NCBI GenBank assembly: GCA_977030845.1
Contig: OZ365109.1
Span: forward strand, 53,320,001 to 53,384,000
Reading direction: 5' to 3'
DNA from: Fimbriosthenelais zetlandica
Lineage: Eukaryota
Length of the DNA: 64,000 nt
The notes beneath the pieces were generated by a model. That model saw only the letters and a program-made list of their open reading frames with translations, made no database searches and was not told the origin of the DNA. The translations under genes and the position numbers were made by a program. Shown here piece by piece: positions 38,901-52,100 of the stretch (positions are counted from its first letter, which is position 1; each line of letters starts with the position of its first letter).

Positions 38901-40888
38901 ACCGTAGATTCTAGCGTTAAAAAGTGAAATGATTTTAGAAATGGATACTGCCAGACATGTGGAAGCAGGGAGGGACGTGGGAGGAGGATATGAACTGAAG
39001 TTATGATGTCTGCCTCCGTCCTTAACTCACAGTGCCAACACTTCCAACCATGATTAACTTCGGGCAAGTCTCAGGCAAAATGAAATACCGTTTCCCATCG
39101 AACTGGTGCATTTCTATATCATTCTGATTTCATAATGTTAAACTTGCCATGGGAGCTACTCACATTATATTTTAATATTAATTTCTTTTCGGATAATTAC
39201 TGAAATGGCAATGTAGGCTAAATATTGGAACTCATTATGGGATATGTGGGAAATGAAACGAGTTATATTTGGAAATAATGCAGCGGCAAAAACGAAGGTC
39301 GACGTATATAATGGAATATCTACATCTACGTAATCTTAAGACTGGTCAGGAGTGATATGTCCCTAGACTTTGAACAATTAAGATGTTTGTCTTGGCCTTG
39401 TATAGAGGCACTCAGCGAGTGAGCGAGCACTGTCTGTGGTGAATGATGTTCTCAAGGTGATGTGAAGTGTCAAGATGCCGCTAGGGGACGTGTTAAATGG
39501 AGCCACCTCAAGGCAGCACCGCCAGCAGTCCTGCTTCCATCTCCTGCAGAAAAAGCCCAACCATTCCTCCCGCTTCCTCATTGCATCAACACATCCATTC
39601 CATTTCCTCAACATGATTCTGCAGGACTGACTTTGAAAAAAATGATTAATCAAATTCACTGGCTAATTTCAATCACGCATTCAAGCATTTTAATAATGCC
39701 TTTCCTTTTTCACAGCGAAATAAATGAGGGCGTTAAGAAGGGGGAAGTAGAAAGGAGATTATCGCTATCAAGATAACGCACGGAGCCGTCTACAGATTAA
39801 ATTAACTTTTAAGAGAGAAAATTGTCTAATGGGAATAATAATAAAACTTAGGCTGGGTGAAATATTGAACGTACATGTACGTACATCAATATGGAACTAA
39901 CTATATTTATGTCTACAGTTCTCCCAGAGTAAATTCAGCAATGCTTCCACCGAGGATATGGCCAGAGATTTTTATCTCGGCTTTGGCTGATTTATCACTA
40001 TACATTCATTGACCACCAGGGCCTGTTTGTAGAGCATATAGACACTGTCTTATCGAGCTTCATTATCTCTCTTCAAAGACATTTTTCTCTAACATAACTA
40101 CATTCTTCATCCTGTTCCCTTGTAAGCACAGTCCGCTCCGCCTTGCCAGACTTGGCAGCACCGATAAACAAGCGTTCACAGATCACGTGCCTCCATGTCA
40201 TATTGCCTATTTGCCATCACTTTGGCTAATGCAGTTGAAAAAAATGACATTCCTCTTGAGAAAATGATGAATTTCTGAAACAGCAAATCAATGAATGTTG
40301 GCTATTGGGAATGGGACTCGTGGAAATGTACATGTAATACATGCGCGGCCCAACCCTCACTGTACAGAGGCACTGAATGTCATCATTAGCCCAAAATACT
40401 CTCAAACTTTTTCCCCTAGTACTGTCGTAGGCTTGTCTCAAGATTGGCACCACCCACCAAACCTGACGTTTCCTTAATCTCTAATTAGCAGCTTCTCAGC
40501 AGAGACATTTTCTTCTGATGGGTTTGCAATCTAGCTGCTGGTGTAATGAATCGAATCCACAAAATATCGGTGAACGTTTAAATCATGATTCCGTCACAAT
40601 TTGGGTCATTGTGTTATTGCTACCAATCATAAACCAATCATAATATCAACTTCTCGCTCACCACCTTTCTATTGCTTTCATTTACCTGCCAGTACATTCA
40701 CTACCTGAGAGAGTCAACAAAAACAAACAGTGTGCACGCCTCTGAATCGAAACATTCTTTGAATATGATTTTAATGAAGCCCTGAGAGGACGTGTGAGAA
40801 TTGTGATCAATGTAGCCAATGTTGATATGACAGAAACCTAGGATATAACTATAAGAGTCAGATGAACCAATAACTGGTACACATTTAC

Positions 40889-40976
40889 CTACAGCATTGA
40901 GCAATAATAGAGGAAAATCCCACTGATATAGGGACCTAACAAAAAGTGATATACCAGGATCAGTGAGGAGCCCCAT
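40889..40976 (-). CDS. weak candidate for nAChR exon 1 (signal peptide)
   Basis: ATG-initiated MGLLTDPGISLFVRSLYQWDFPLLLLNAV(G) ends in phase 1 at TAG|GTAAAT, which is compatible with exon 2. The hydrophobic core is short and the region also loosely resembles a Harbinger transposase fragment. Confidence 0.15.
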
Positions 40977-43900
40977 GTATTTTGATCTACTATAGGTACT
41001 AGACATTCCATTGCTGATTTCCTCATGGCATGCACGTACAAATCACACGCACTTCACAGCTGCTCAAGTGGACTGCTGTTACAGATAAACCGAATAAATG
41101 AAAAGGAAGGGTGAGTACATTCAAATCAAGGGACTGGTGTGTTGGAGGCAATACTGCATTATCAGGGTCATGTTATTTGACCTCTCCTTCAGATGTATTG
41201 AACATTTTACAACTTCCTCATCTGTGCATTGGGTGTAGTTTACTCGTATAAACTGTCATTGTGCACTTTATATCGTGTTTCATTCAGTGAAGATCGTACA
41301 ACAGTAACTATAATGGAATAATTATTTTCTTCAACTTTGAAACTCAGATGAAACAAAACTAGGCTACTCCATTTACACTATACTATTCAATATGGTAGGT
41401 GGGCTAATACATTTTTAATGTTTCGAAAACTGATCTGGTACCTTATTATTGCATGCTTCTGGAGGTTAGTTAAATAAACCATCTTGATGGAATGATATGA
41501 ACTCAGAAATTGACTTTGCCACCAAAGGGAAAAAGGCCTTGCATGTCAACAAGCATTAACATAATGCCTGTTGATTGGGTTCCTGTTTTTGATGGTAAAA
41601 TAATCGCAGCAGCATGTTTCCTGCATGTTCCCTTTGCAGGAAATGAAATGTTCAGTATCACCCTGGCCCATATTTTTTCAAGTACTCCTCAATGATACTC
41701 TGATGAATTACTCTCAGGTTTTGGCACTAACATCAATTCTATGAATGTTCATACTTGCAGGCAAAGTTTTTACTGTTGAAAACCAAGTTTCGATGATTAT
41801 TCAGTGAAGTAGTTCCCATCTTGCCTCAGTGGCCTTTAGTAGGCTAAAGTGAAAGATAAAAATGAAGTTGGAATCTATAGACTGAGGTCCCACTGACAGC
41901 CCATTTGACACATTGATGCCCTATTAATTACTTCATGAGAGACCTAATCTTATAGTACTAATATTTAAGATGGTCAGTTTAGATCTGGCCAGGGAGGGCG
42001 TGATATCCTGCTATGACCGGTTCCCATCCTGCTGGTTATGGCTATGATCTACACTGTCTATAGTACTACTCTGCTCCCAGGCCTGCTTCATGGGTCCATA
42101 AAGAAATATTATATCACTATAACACTGACTGGTGTTGGTCCACCAGGAATAAGTGTGGTCCATGCCCATACATTGGACATAAAAGAATGGACGAGACAGC
42201 AGCAGTATTATGCAAGCAGATCTATTCAGAGCAAGAGGTATTGTCCGTATCTAATCAGGTATGCTAGTATGGAACATTGATCTCTCAATTTGTTGAAGAA
42301 TTATACAGTATTATAGTTATTTATTCAGAGGCTCATCTTATGAACAAGCCCATGCTTCCTAGAACCGATTATATGGGAAACTATAGTCATATTTAAAGAC
42401 AGCAATTCCCAGATATGACGGGGTAATACCTTTACTGCACTGTCACCTCACCCAGGCATGTCAATTGAGGTAAATCTCCCTGTTGTATTTCCTGTGCTCT
42501 TCACTGGTCTTTCCTATCTTCTCTTCAACGAAGGGCAGTAGGCCTACATGAGCCCCAAGAGCACAAGGCAAACACTTATACTATTCTTCACCTTTGTTTA
42601 AAGTACAAACACCTCGCAGCAATGTGGAGCCTGGGGGTGAATGCAACCCAACCCGGACAGAGTCGGTTGTGGTATCAGGGATTCTGGCCCTGTGTATGCA
42701 GGAGGAAAGTTGAGAGGTAAAGCAACTGCATATTGCTTCCAATGGCATCCTTCGAGTGCATGGTGTATGCAGCCAGAAAGCTTTCCACTTCAGTTTAAAC
42801 TATCTATAAATCACAATTACAAAGAATAATTGACAATACAAGATTTTAAATATCCAGTATAAATAGGCCTAAGCAACAGACAAGTAACCGTCTAAATGCA
42901 ATGCTTATAAATGCATCGTTTCTGCACGGTCATCAGTGACCAAGCCTTTCCCAACTGCGAAAACCCACTTCCAGGCACTCATGACCCACTTGAAAGATCA
43001 TCAGGAGCCTGTTACCTGAGGTGAGCAGATAATATTACTGTTTAGCATTGATTATATAATACAGTGGGAACGAGGAATCCAGTATTGTGGGAATGCATCC
43101 AGCCGTCCATTCCCCACCATGCAGTCTTGATAAGGTTGGGTGTAAACGGTATGAAGCTTTATGTATTATGTATGGTGATCGGTTACGTCATGGGATATTA
43201 ACATTGGCTAACATGAAAATGTACATCACATAAGAGTCTGGACCAATATCTGAGTCATTACCCTTTGGTGTATTTTTTCTTAATTGTTTGGATTCAAGAC
43301 CTCAGCAAATAAACAGGGCATTTTCTAGGATACAGGCTGTTCATCTGACATATCCTTCTTGTGAAGGATTATGGATTGCTTTATTCTTGTGCAAGAAGTC
43401 CTGACAGGTACACCTACTTTAAGGTGTACATACGCCTCAGCCATGCATCAATTGCTACTATTTGCATTGAAATTGGGTTCTATGCAATTACAGTTCCCAT
43501 TCGCTCCTTCAATGATGCATTTAATATATTAGATGGGAAATCGTTATGTTATTCTCAGCTGGTGGGGTAACAAGGCCTGGCAACTTGTCGTTCCTTTGTG
43601 CAAAAGTTCCTGCTGGCTAGTGGTTGTTATCGATCGGTGAGAGGAGAAGAAAGGGCAATGTTCACGGTTAGATGATGGGATGGTGTAGTGGTATGAAGAT
43701 GATGACTGAGGCAATGGAAGCCAGGGATGCTATATTGCCAATCTCACACCCTCAATACATATAGGATCGCTATATGTATATGAGGTTATCGACAGTATGT
43801 GAAATGCCTCAAAATTATTGATATGCATGCATTCTTATCTGGGCAATATTATAAGGATGATTTTATGAGATTTTTACAAGGCAATGTTATTGCAATATTC

Positions 43901-44719
43901 TTCAGCTTTGAAAAACGTTAACGAAAGAGCAATTTATGAAAAATACATTAATTAATACATCATATTTTAGTTAATTACTTTCAAAATAAAGTATTTTGAA
44001 TAAAGAATATTCCACACTGATATAGGTCATGTAATATGTTCCCTATCGATGAGTCAGCTCAACCATTTTGGTCGTATTTTTATTAAAGCAGTTTTTCATC
44101 TATTGCTTTTAGGTCTGGGACAGCAGACATGTATTTTTCCACATGAGAAGAAAGGCACCAGCCATAAAGCTACCCATCACCAGTAGGCAGGGCTTCTGAG
44201 AGGTAAAGCAAGCAAGCGGACATTGACAGCGACTGCCTGTGAATGAGGGCCAGGCACTGAAAAAAGGTATTTGATTCCTCATTCTATTTGGGTTACATGT
44301 CCCATTTCCAGTGTGAAATCATATATATATCAGACCCATTCGGGTCATGTTACGATGAGCCTCGTACACTGCGCGAGGCCCTCGTCTTCCCCACAGTTTT
44401 ATGGTACAATCGCCTCGTGAGGATGTTTCAAAGTACATTTTTGCGCGAGATTAAATAGTATGGGGCTATTAGTTTAATAAGTCCAAACGCTAGCAAATAT
44501 CTTGTTTTCTATGAGCCCTATAACACTCATATATGTCCATTTGCCGATACTGCTATACGTATACGGCGAAATTCGGACAGGTCTAGCCTACTCACTTAAA
44601 TGTGAGTTACTGTATTACATGAATCATTCTGATAACCATTAAGGACCCATTAACAGATCATTATCGGTGCCATTATTTCAAACACGGTGAAAAACATCAT
44701 GAATCACTTTAACATCCTT

Positions 44720-45000
44720 GCTTCACAAGGCATGTGTATTTGGCGGAATCCTTCACCAGTAGCCACATCCTTTTCAAAATTCCGAACCCGACCCCACTAT
44801 CACATATTGCAAGGTAGAGTGGATATTGAAGGGGGATGGTGTCGGTGTCTGTGATGGAATGGTCATCTGACATCCAGAGCCAGACCTCTGTCAGTAAAAT
44901 GATTGTCAAAAAGGCAGGCATGACGATGGTTGATCCCTGCACTCTTACACAATCAATATTTTCAGTCAATGCGAGTACAAAAGGGGTAGACAGAGGCCTG
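44720..45000 (-). mobile_element. decayed LINE (L2/CR1-like) APE endonuclease fragment
   Basis: LLTEVWLWMSDDHSITDTDTIPLQYPLYLAICDSGVGFGILK resembles the LTETWL...DD..I.D.TP.GY...H.PR.SG.GGGV pattern of LINE endonucleases. Visual similarity only. Confidence 0.45.
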
Positions 45001-48000
45001 TCTTTAGACCCCTTGACCATAATATTGTATAACCATAGCAGTACAGGTGGGCCTGGAAGCTTGGGTCTGCTGTTTGGCGATTTGAATTTATGTTGTACAT
45101 TCCTGTGTCAGAAGGGTTTAAAATCTGGAAGTCCAGGGGGGCATAATAGGTCAGGATTGGTGTTGGGTCCTGGTCATCATTCATGGAGCTAGGGTTGGGT
45201 TCATGGCAATAGAAGTTATAGAAGAGTAAACCAGGAGCTTTCAGCTTCATGGATGCTCTTCATAGCGGAACAGGTGTGGCTGAGGCATGATAATGTTAGG
45301 TCAGAGGGAGAGGAGGACCGAGGTTGATGGATCAGGTTGGAGACAGGACCTGTGGTCTTGGGATTAGGCTAAGGACGGCAGGTTAGCCTTTAAAAGAGTG
45401 AATTACACTATACATGGTGTTTAGAGGCTCTTCAGACGCACGAGGAGACCGGGTGAACCAAGTAATTAACTTGAAATTACTACTATATCTTTTTCTAGAG
45501 ACACCGTAGCCCCATTTTGGCTCCATAGCTCTTGTATTTTCACCTAACACCAGAGCAAAGAGACACTATTATTATGCTTTACCTATTAATCTAGGTGGCA
45601 CGTAATTAACACGTCTGTGCTAATGTTCATATCTCCGTCTTATAGTAGACTGTATTGATCAGTAACAATATAAGTCTGGCCTAGTGGGACAGATGGATCT
45701 GCCCTAAAAGCTGAAGGCAGCGATTAAATGGTAAAATTTGTCCAGCTTCCTCCATAGAGAAATGTCTGGGCTCTTAACTGCAGAATGATACTGTGCTGTT
45801 TCAAGGTGGGAGGACACTCACACTGCGAGGGCTTCATCTGTAGTCTACCATCGGTGAATTGTGGGGCCCCTCTAGGGTCAATCAAGGCGGGTAGGAACGC
45901 TGGAGGGCATTCCTCTCTCACACAGACCTCCTTGACCACTTATCTATCCCCACTTTGCTCAAGTCTTGACCACACAAAGCGTGACCAATGCTGCTTTTCA
46001 GAGCAAATAAAGACACTCTAGCCAGCTTGTCTGTAGAGCCTGGCCATGGCCGAGGTGCCCCAAACCACATCTAGCTAAGCCAGCCGATCGTTAGGGGCGG
46101 TGTGGGATTCTGGCAGATAAGCAGGACATATAGATGATCCATTTATATCTGTAGATACAATAGCCAAGCCTCAAACAACCAGCCTGACCCGCTGTATTGT
46201 AACTGGCAAGTGATGCTGTAATTCAGTATGAGGTGCCTCCAGCTTCTCACCAAGCTGATTCTCCTTTCATGAACATCACTGGCCGTACCCATAAATGACA
46301 AATTTCAATATACACGTCTGGTTTTATTTCATTTCTTTTTGCCTCAACAGTGATCTCACGAAGGACTGTTTTATAACTCAATCATTCCATTTTGTGAAAC
46401 CCTCCAGAATGGACTTTACACCATGTCCTTACCAGATGCTATTTACTAGTCTCCAAGAGAACTGTTGAATGAAAATTGAAAAGATTAAAAAGAAACATGG
46501 AATATGACTGTAAAGATGTTATGCATGGATTATCACTATATCAGATTAGACTTTAAATAAGATACCTCTAGTCAATCTTTATACGTAATAATTATATTTG
46601 TGAACAATGATGTGACGGTCGTATGCATTGGATAATTGCTTGTAGATTTTAGGTCAAGACATGTGGAATATGAATGTATGGATCACAATTGAAGACTGTC
46701 AACAACAGTGATTTGAGTGGCACATATCTGTAGAAGGACCCAACTGATTGTAACCAATTATATAGGAACCAGGGACTGCTCAGAAAGCATTTAGTTGTCA
46801 GGTACCCATTTAAGACCTAGAGTTTGATCAAATGCAACCACTTAAAGGAACTTCTGGCAACAAGGATGTCTAACAATGACCCTAAAACCAGTGAGAGGTA
46901 TCGGCAGGATTGGGAGCTGCTTCATGGTCCTATACAGTGTGCTAGCACTGATTAATGAAAGTTAGCCGTCTGTAAATAAGTATATAGGGAGGTGGACGAT
47001 GTCTGTCTAGTAGCATGAACCCTGAGGGTCGGTTAGATGCGAGGCCATGTAGGCAGCCAATCACCATCTCCAGTCATCTGTGGAATAATCAAATTAATCG
47101 CTGTCTCTTGTTCAAACCATGTTTCTATCTCCTCTTCCATGGCCGCCTCGCTGGGACGAAGGCTTGAGGCTGAACTAGCCAGCTGGCCACCACTGATACA
47201 GCATTAGTTCTGTTTATATGATCTCCATATATACTGGCCATAGTGGTTTATCATTTAGCTCAGCTTTGTAAGTTGTTATCACTTGTGATTTAGTTTGGTT
47301 GGAGTCCCGACATCAATTATTTCTTTCTCGATGAATGTGGACGATAATAATATACTTTATGGTTTATCTTGTCTAATCAACCTGCACATTATTCTACGGG
47401 AGATTTATTTTGATTTCATTGGCAAACCAAGGTTTCAAGTTCAGGAAAGGTGCTCATGTATATTTTGCACAGCTTAATCTCTTGTGTAAACAGGTCTTGT
47501 CCGGATGATTCAGGATATCAGTCTCCGTTCAAGTATAAGAGTTGTAGGAGTAGAGATAGGCTGCACATCATTGTGATTTTTTATAATCATTGGTATCCAA
47601 GAGAAGTCTTGTAATTTTTCTTTATTTTTCCTTAAGGATTTGAAGGTGAGTGTTTGAACTGCTGCTGGCTATATCTGTAGATGACCTATAAATTTACTCT
47701 CCTGGAATAGTGGGAGGAACTCATTCGATAAATACACAAGTATTTTTCACTCATCTCCTCTCTTATTGATAGTTCTGAACATTATCCCACGGGGAAGCAG
47801 TCTGGTTCCAGTTGGCTAAAATATTCCATTGCGCATAGCACATAAAATACTGCATACATGTCCGTGGCATCGGTGATATATTCTGAGAATAGAAGGACTG
47901 TTGAATCTTGTGCGAATATATATTATATATTGAGAAACATATTTCTACGAAAAACCTTCAGAGCAAACATTTGCAGACTATACCACATGCCTGTCATAAT

Positions 48001-50321
48001 TGAAACGCCTGAAGCAGGTTCAAATCTTGCACAACATGTAGAAGGAATACTTCGATTGAATCTTCTGTGAAAATATATTATACGGAAGCAGGAAGTATAC
48101 AAGAATCGACAGATCAGATCCAACAAAATTGCAGACTACAAACTTCCATGATTGAAATAGTTGAAGCAGGGTCAGTACGGGGCCGCAAGCCAGACAGTCA
48201 AGTCTTTTAATACCACCCATGGTCTCAGAATTCATTTCTTAATCCAAGTTTTAATCAGCTAACTTAAGGAGAGGGGAAATCAGTGATGAAGCAGGGATTC
48301 CTTTACCTGGAGGGCACTGAGTGAGAATGGGGCCTGAAAGAGTTGGGCAGACAGGAGCGACAGAGGGTCAGCAGAGCTGGATTAAGATTAGTACATGATT
48401 AGGATGGAATGTTGAAGAGATCAGAGAACTGCATCCATCTCTGCCACTCCCCCCTCTCCCGCCAGCTAATCACAGGCAAGCTAATGGTAGCGAGGGGCCT
48501 TGGGGTTAATTTAGGTGTGTGTTTGCACTGCTTGTTTTTGACGCAGCAATGATTAATCTGGGGGGTTGATTGGCAGGGATATCTGAAGGATCTGCTATGG
48601 ATGGCTTGCCATAGACGCCATGCCAAAAGACCGCCTGGGGAAGCATTGACAGGTAAGAGAAAAAATCTCTCTTATTCCTCAAGCAGGGAGAAATTTATGG
48701 CTTGCGGCAGATTCCCATAGTGGAGATCGAACAGGATGCAGATTGACCCTGAGACGCGACCAGAAATTATGGAATCTGGATTGGAATCCTGAGAAATTCA
48801 TCCAGTCATGATTGCCTGACAGAAAAGACAGTCCAAATGCATTTCAAATTTTTTTTTGTCTTTAAAATATGGAATTTCATTTAGAGAACACTCTTGGTAG
48901 ACTGCCTTTACGATTCAAGATCGTTAGTCCAATCGACAAACTCACCTCTCCGGAACATAACTGTATCTGAATGAAAGTTTGTATTATATTGATTATAAAT
49001 GTGTTCCTAATAGGTGAGCAAATAAATCAAAGTTCAAATGGCAACAAAAACCTAAAGCTGATTTTCATCGACCAAAAGAATCATCGTCCATAATGGTTCC
49101 AGATTTCCAGATCATTTCAGCTAATCATATGCCCATTCATTACCATGAGTAATCGGAACTGATAAAACTTTCAGCCTTCACATCGACTTGATGGAAAGTT
49201 TCAGTATTTGTTTCAGCCACCAATCTGCTCGACTATTACTCATGAGTTACTCATTGTGTGGGGGGATCAGGCCGGCTGGGGGATCTGCTCACACAGCTGG
49301 TGCTGGTGGATTAGTCGCGGGTATTTAGGAGCACCTCTCTGCCTATAGGACAGGACTTTAGTCTCACACCACCAACTAAGCCCAATCGATCATGGCCAGA
49401 TTATGAAGTCCTGAATCAAATTGTCAAGCGGGCTCTGGAACCTGATTCGAGGAAAGGTCCATTTACATCAAAATGCAATCAAGATTCATCGTTCATCAGC
49501 ACGAAGAACTTATATAAGAATGTAATTAACATAAATATGTGAAACAGTCATTAATAATACATCCATCTTCAGCGGTGGAAGATAAAAAGTTGTAAAAGTT
49601 ACAAAAGAAACCATTGCATAATTATATTATATGCATACAGATGTAAGTTAACACCTGTCATCCATAAAATATTGATCATCTTCAGACACAAGGCCTTGTC
49701 TACAACACAGATAATGAAGGTCATTAGGAAAATACATGTAGCTCTTGCATATTGGAATTCTTTTAAAACATTTTGTAGGACAAATGTTCTCCGGCCATGT
49801 TGTCTATAGGATATTACATGTATTATGCGTTCATCTGTACGGTTTTCTATACGGCATACTTCCTGCTGCAGCATACCCCACTTTGTAATTGTTTGGCGAA
49901 AAATCGACGGCGACAATAGACAGTAGTCTCATCACCAACAAAGATGACGAGACTGTCGTGGCTACTCGTCGCCAAAGAGGTTTCTATGAAATTTGGACCG
50001 TTGCTGAAAAACCAATCAGGAGACACTGTCCTTGTACATTGCAATCGTTGGACGAGGCCTCGCTAACCCTCATCATTGACGAGGTTACTTAATTGTGCAA
50101 CGCCCTGAACATGTATACATTTTTAGGTCTATGGAGTGAATGTATTACAGGTGTAACAGCCCATTTTAACCCCCCTCCCGTTTTATACCCGGGTATACTG
50201 TAGCCTAGCCCATTTTATACCCCGGGGGTTAATTTAGGCTAGCCCAGATTATACCCCGGGGCTATTCCAGCCTAGCCTACAGTATACCCCCCCAGCCCAG
50301 TTTATAGGCCTACACCTACAC

Positions 50322-51152
50322 CCCGGGGGGGGGGACTCGCTCTATGAGGGTCAGTAGGGGTGTGCCGCCCTTTAGGGTAGCCTTTTTAGCCTTTTGGTAT
50401 AGCCTTGACCCCTTATCAAAAGCCATCCGAGTCTTTCAGTAGTTGGCCATTTTCAAATGATGAAGTAAATTCATGCGTTTTGAGATCCCAAAATTCAGGC
50501 AACATTTCAAAGTGGAGTATTAACATCCATTGACCAGACCCTCAGTGACCAGTCAGTCAGTCGGTCGCGTGGGGCGTCTGGTTGGCGGGGATAGGACATT
50601 GTTGACGGAGCTTTGATGTGTGAAGTTACGTCATGGGAAGGGAAAGCTTTGTTTTAGCGTCTTTGGGGTGAGGGAGGTTAAAACTGACCCATGATCACTT
50701 GTATCACAGGTGTTTGTAGAAGGGTTGACTTCTTTGGAGTATGAGGTGGGTGGGTGAAGGGGAGGGTGAAGTGACGTGTGGGTTCAATAGGGAAGAAAAT
50801 GAAATGAGGATAACAGAAAAAGATAACGTTAAATTACATTAGATTTAATTGTGAAAGATGGGATTTTGTTCGTTGTAACCGAAATTTCGTTTTAAGCGTG
50901 TTCGTTATACGCGGACTCCACTATATTTATATTTTTATTTTCATAAGCATTGTACTGTAATAAAGCAGATTCCCTGTTAAAAGATTTAAGTGTTAAGTTT
51001 TAATTCTTGGTATAGGTATGGGATGCAAAAAGGTATGTTTGGTATAGAGTTGGGGTGGTTTTTGGCCCATCAAGGTGGTATAAACCTCGGTCTATATTCT
51101 GGGTCAGGGCGGCACACCCCCGTGCATTTACTGGGCGAGTCCCCCCCCCGGG
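50322..51152. mobile_element. nested non-autonomous DNA transposon (831 bp) with 8-bp TSD
   Basis: Termini CCCG(10)ACTCGC / GCGAGTC(9)GGG. Subterminal inverted pair GGGGTGTGCCGCCC (50357-50370) / GGGCGGCACACCCC (51107-51120). Perfect TSD ACCTACAC at 50314-50321 and 51153-51160. Superfamily not assigned. Confidence 0.88.
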
Positions 51153-51160
51153 ACCTACAC

Positions 51161-52100
51161 ATATAGAACAAGGGGTATAATCTGGGCTAGCCCAGTTTAT
51201 ACCCAGTTTATAAGGGTATTATGCCCCGTTGTTGTGTTAGCTCTATATGTGTAGGGGTATAAACTGGGCTAGCCCAGATTATACCCCTTGTAATATATAG
51301 CTAACACATCAAAGGGGTATAATCTGGGCTAGCCCAGTTTATACCCCTTGATATATATAGCAAACACAACCAAGGGGTATAAACTGGGCTAGCCCAGATT
51401 ATACCCCTTGGTTGATACCCCTTATAAACTGGGTATAAACTGGGCTAGCCCAGATTATACCCCTTGGTTGTGTTAGCTATATATTACAAGGGGTATAAAC
51501 TGGGCTAGCCCAGATTATACCCCTTGGTTGTGTTAGCTATATATTACAAGGGGTATAATCTGGGCTAGCCCAGAATATACCCCTTGGTTGTGTTAGCTCT
51601 ATATGTGTAGGGGTATGAACTGGGCTAGTCCAGATTATACCCCTTGGTTGTGTTAGCTATATATTACAAGGGGTATAAACTGGGCTAGCCCAGATTATAC
51701 CCCTTGGTTGTGTTAGCTATATATGTGTAGGGGTATAAACTGGGCTAGCCCAGATTATACCCCTTGGTTGTGTTAGCTATATATGTGTAGGGGTATAAAC
51801 TGGGCTAGCCCAGATTATACCCCTTGGTTGTGTTAGCTATATATTACAAGGGGTATAATCTGGGCTAGCCCAGAATATACCCCTTGGTTGTGTTATACCC
51901 CTTGGTTGTGTTAGCTATATATTACAAGGGGTATAATCTGGGCTAGCCCAGAATATACCCCTTGGTTGTGTTAGCTCTATATGTGTAGGGGTATGAACTG
52001 GGCTAGTCCAGATTATACCCCTTGGTTGTGTTAGCTATAATATATTTCAAGGGGTATGAACTGGGCTAGGCCAGATTATACCCCTTGGTTGTGTTAGCCA
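51161..52100. repeat. about 15-copy 60-bp tandem array with a palindromic core, inside the foldback element
   Basis: Unit is AAGGGGTATAAACTGGGCTAGCCCAGATTATACCCCTT plus a ~22-nt spacer GGTTGTGTTAGCTATATATTAC. The 60-nt period is visible as identical successive sequence lines at 51481-51900. Confidence 0.93.

Noticed and set aside
40700-41100. Harbinger/PIF transposase remnant
   Set aside because: Motif resemblance needs several deletions and frameshifts, and no TIRs were found. Not supportable without an HMM search; mentioned only as an alternative to the exon 1 candidate.
48307-48333. 27-nt minus-strand microexon (CTCTTTCAG|...CAG|GTAAAG); similar 19-nt candidate at 40686-40704
   Set aside because: Such AG/GT pairs are frequent by chance in 30 kb. 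Neither peptide is recognisable, and no compatible upstream exon was found.
51161-52100. CRISPR-like look (palindromic repeat plus spacer, regular period)
   Set aside because: Spacers are near-identical (two variants), there are no cas genes, the context is eukaryotic and the array lies inside a TIR element. It is a satellite.
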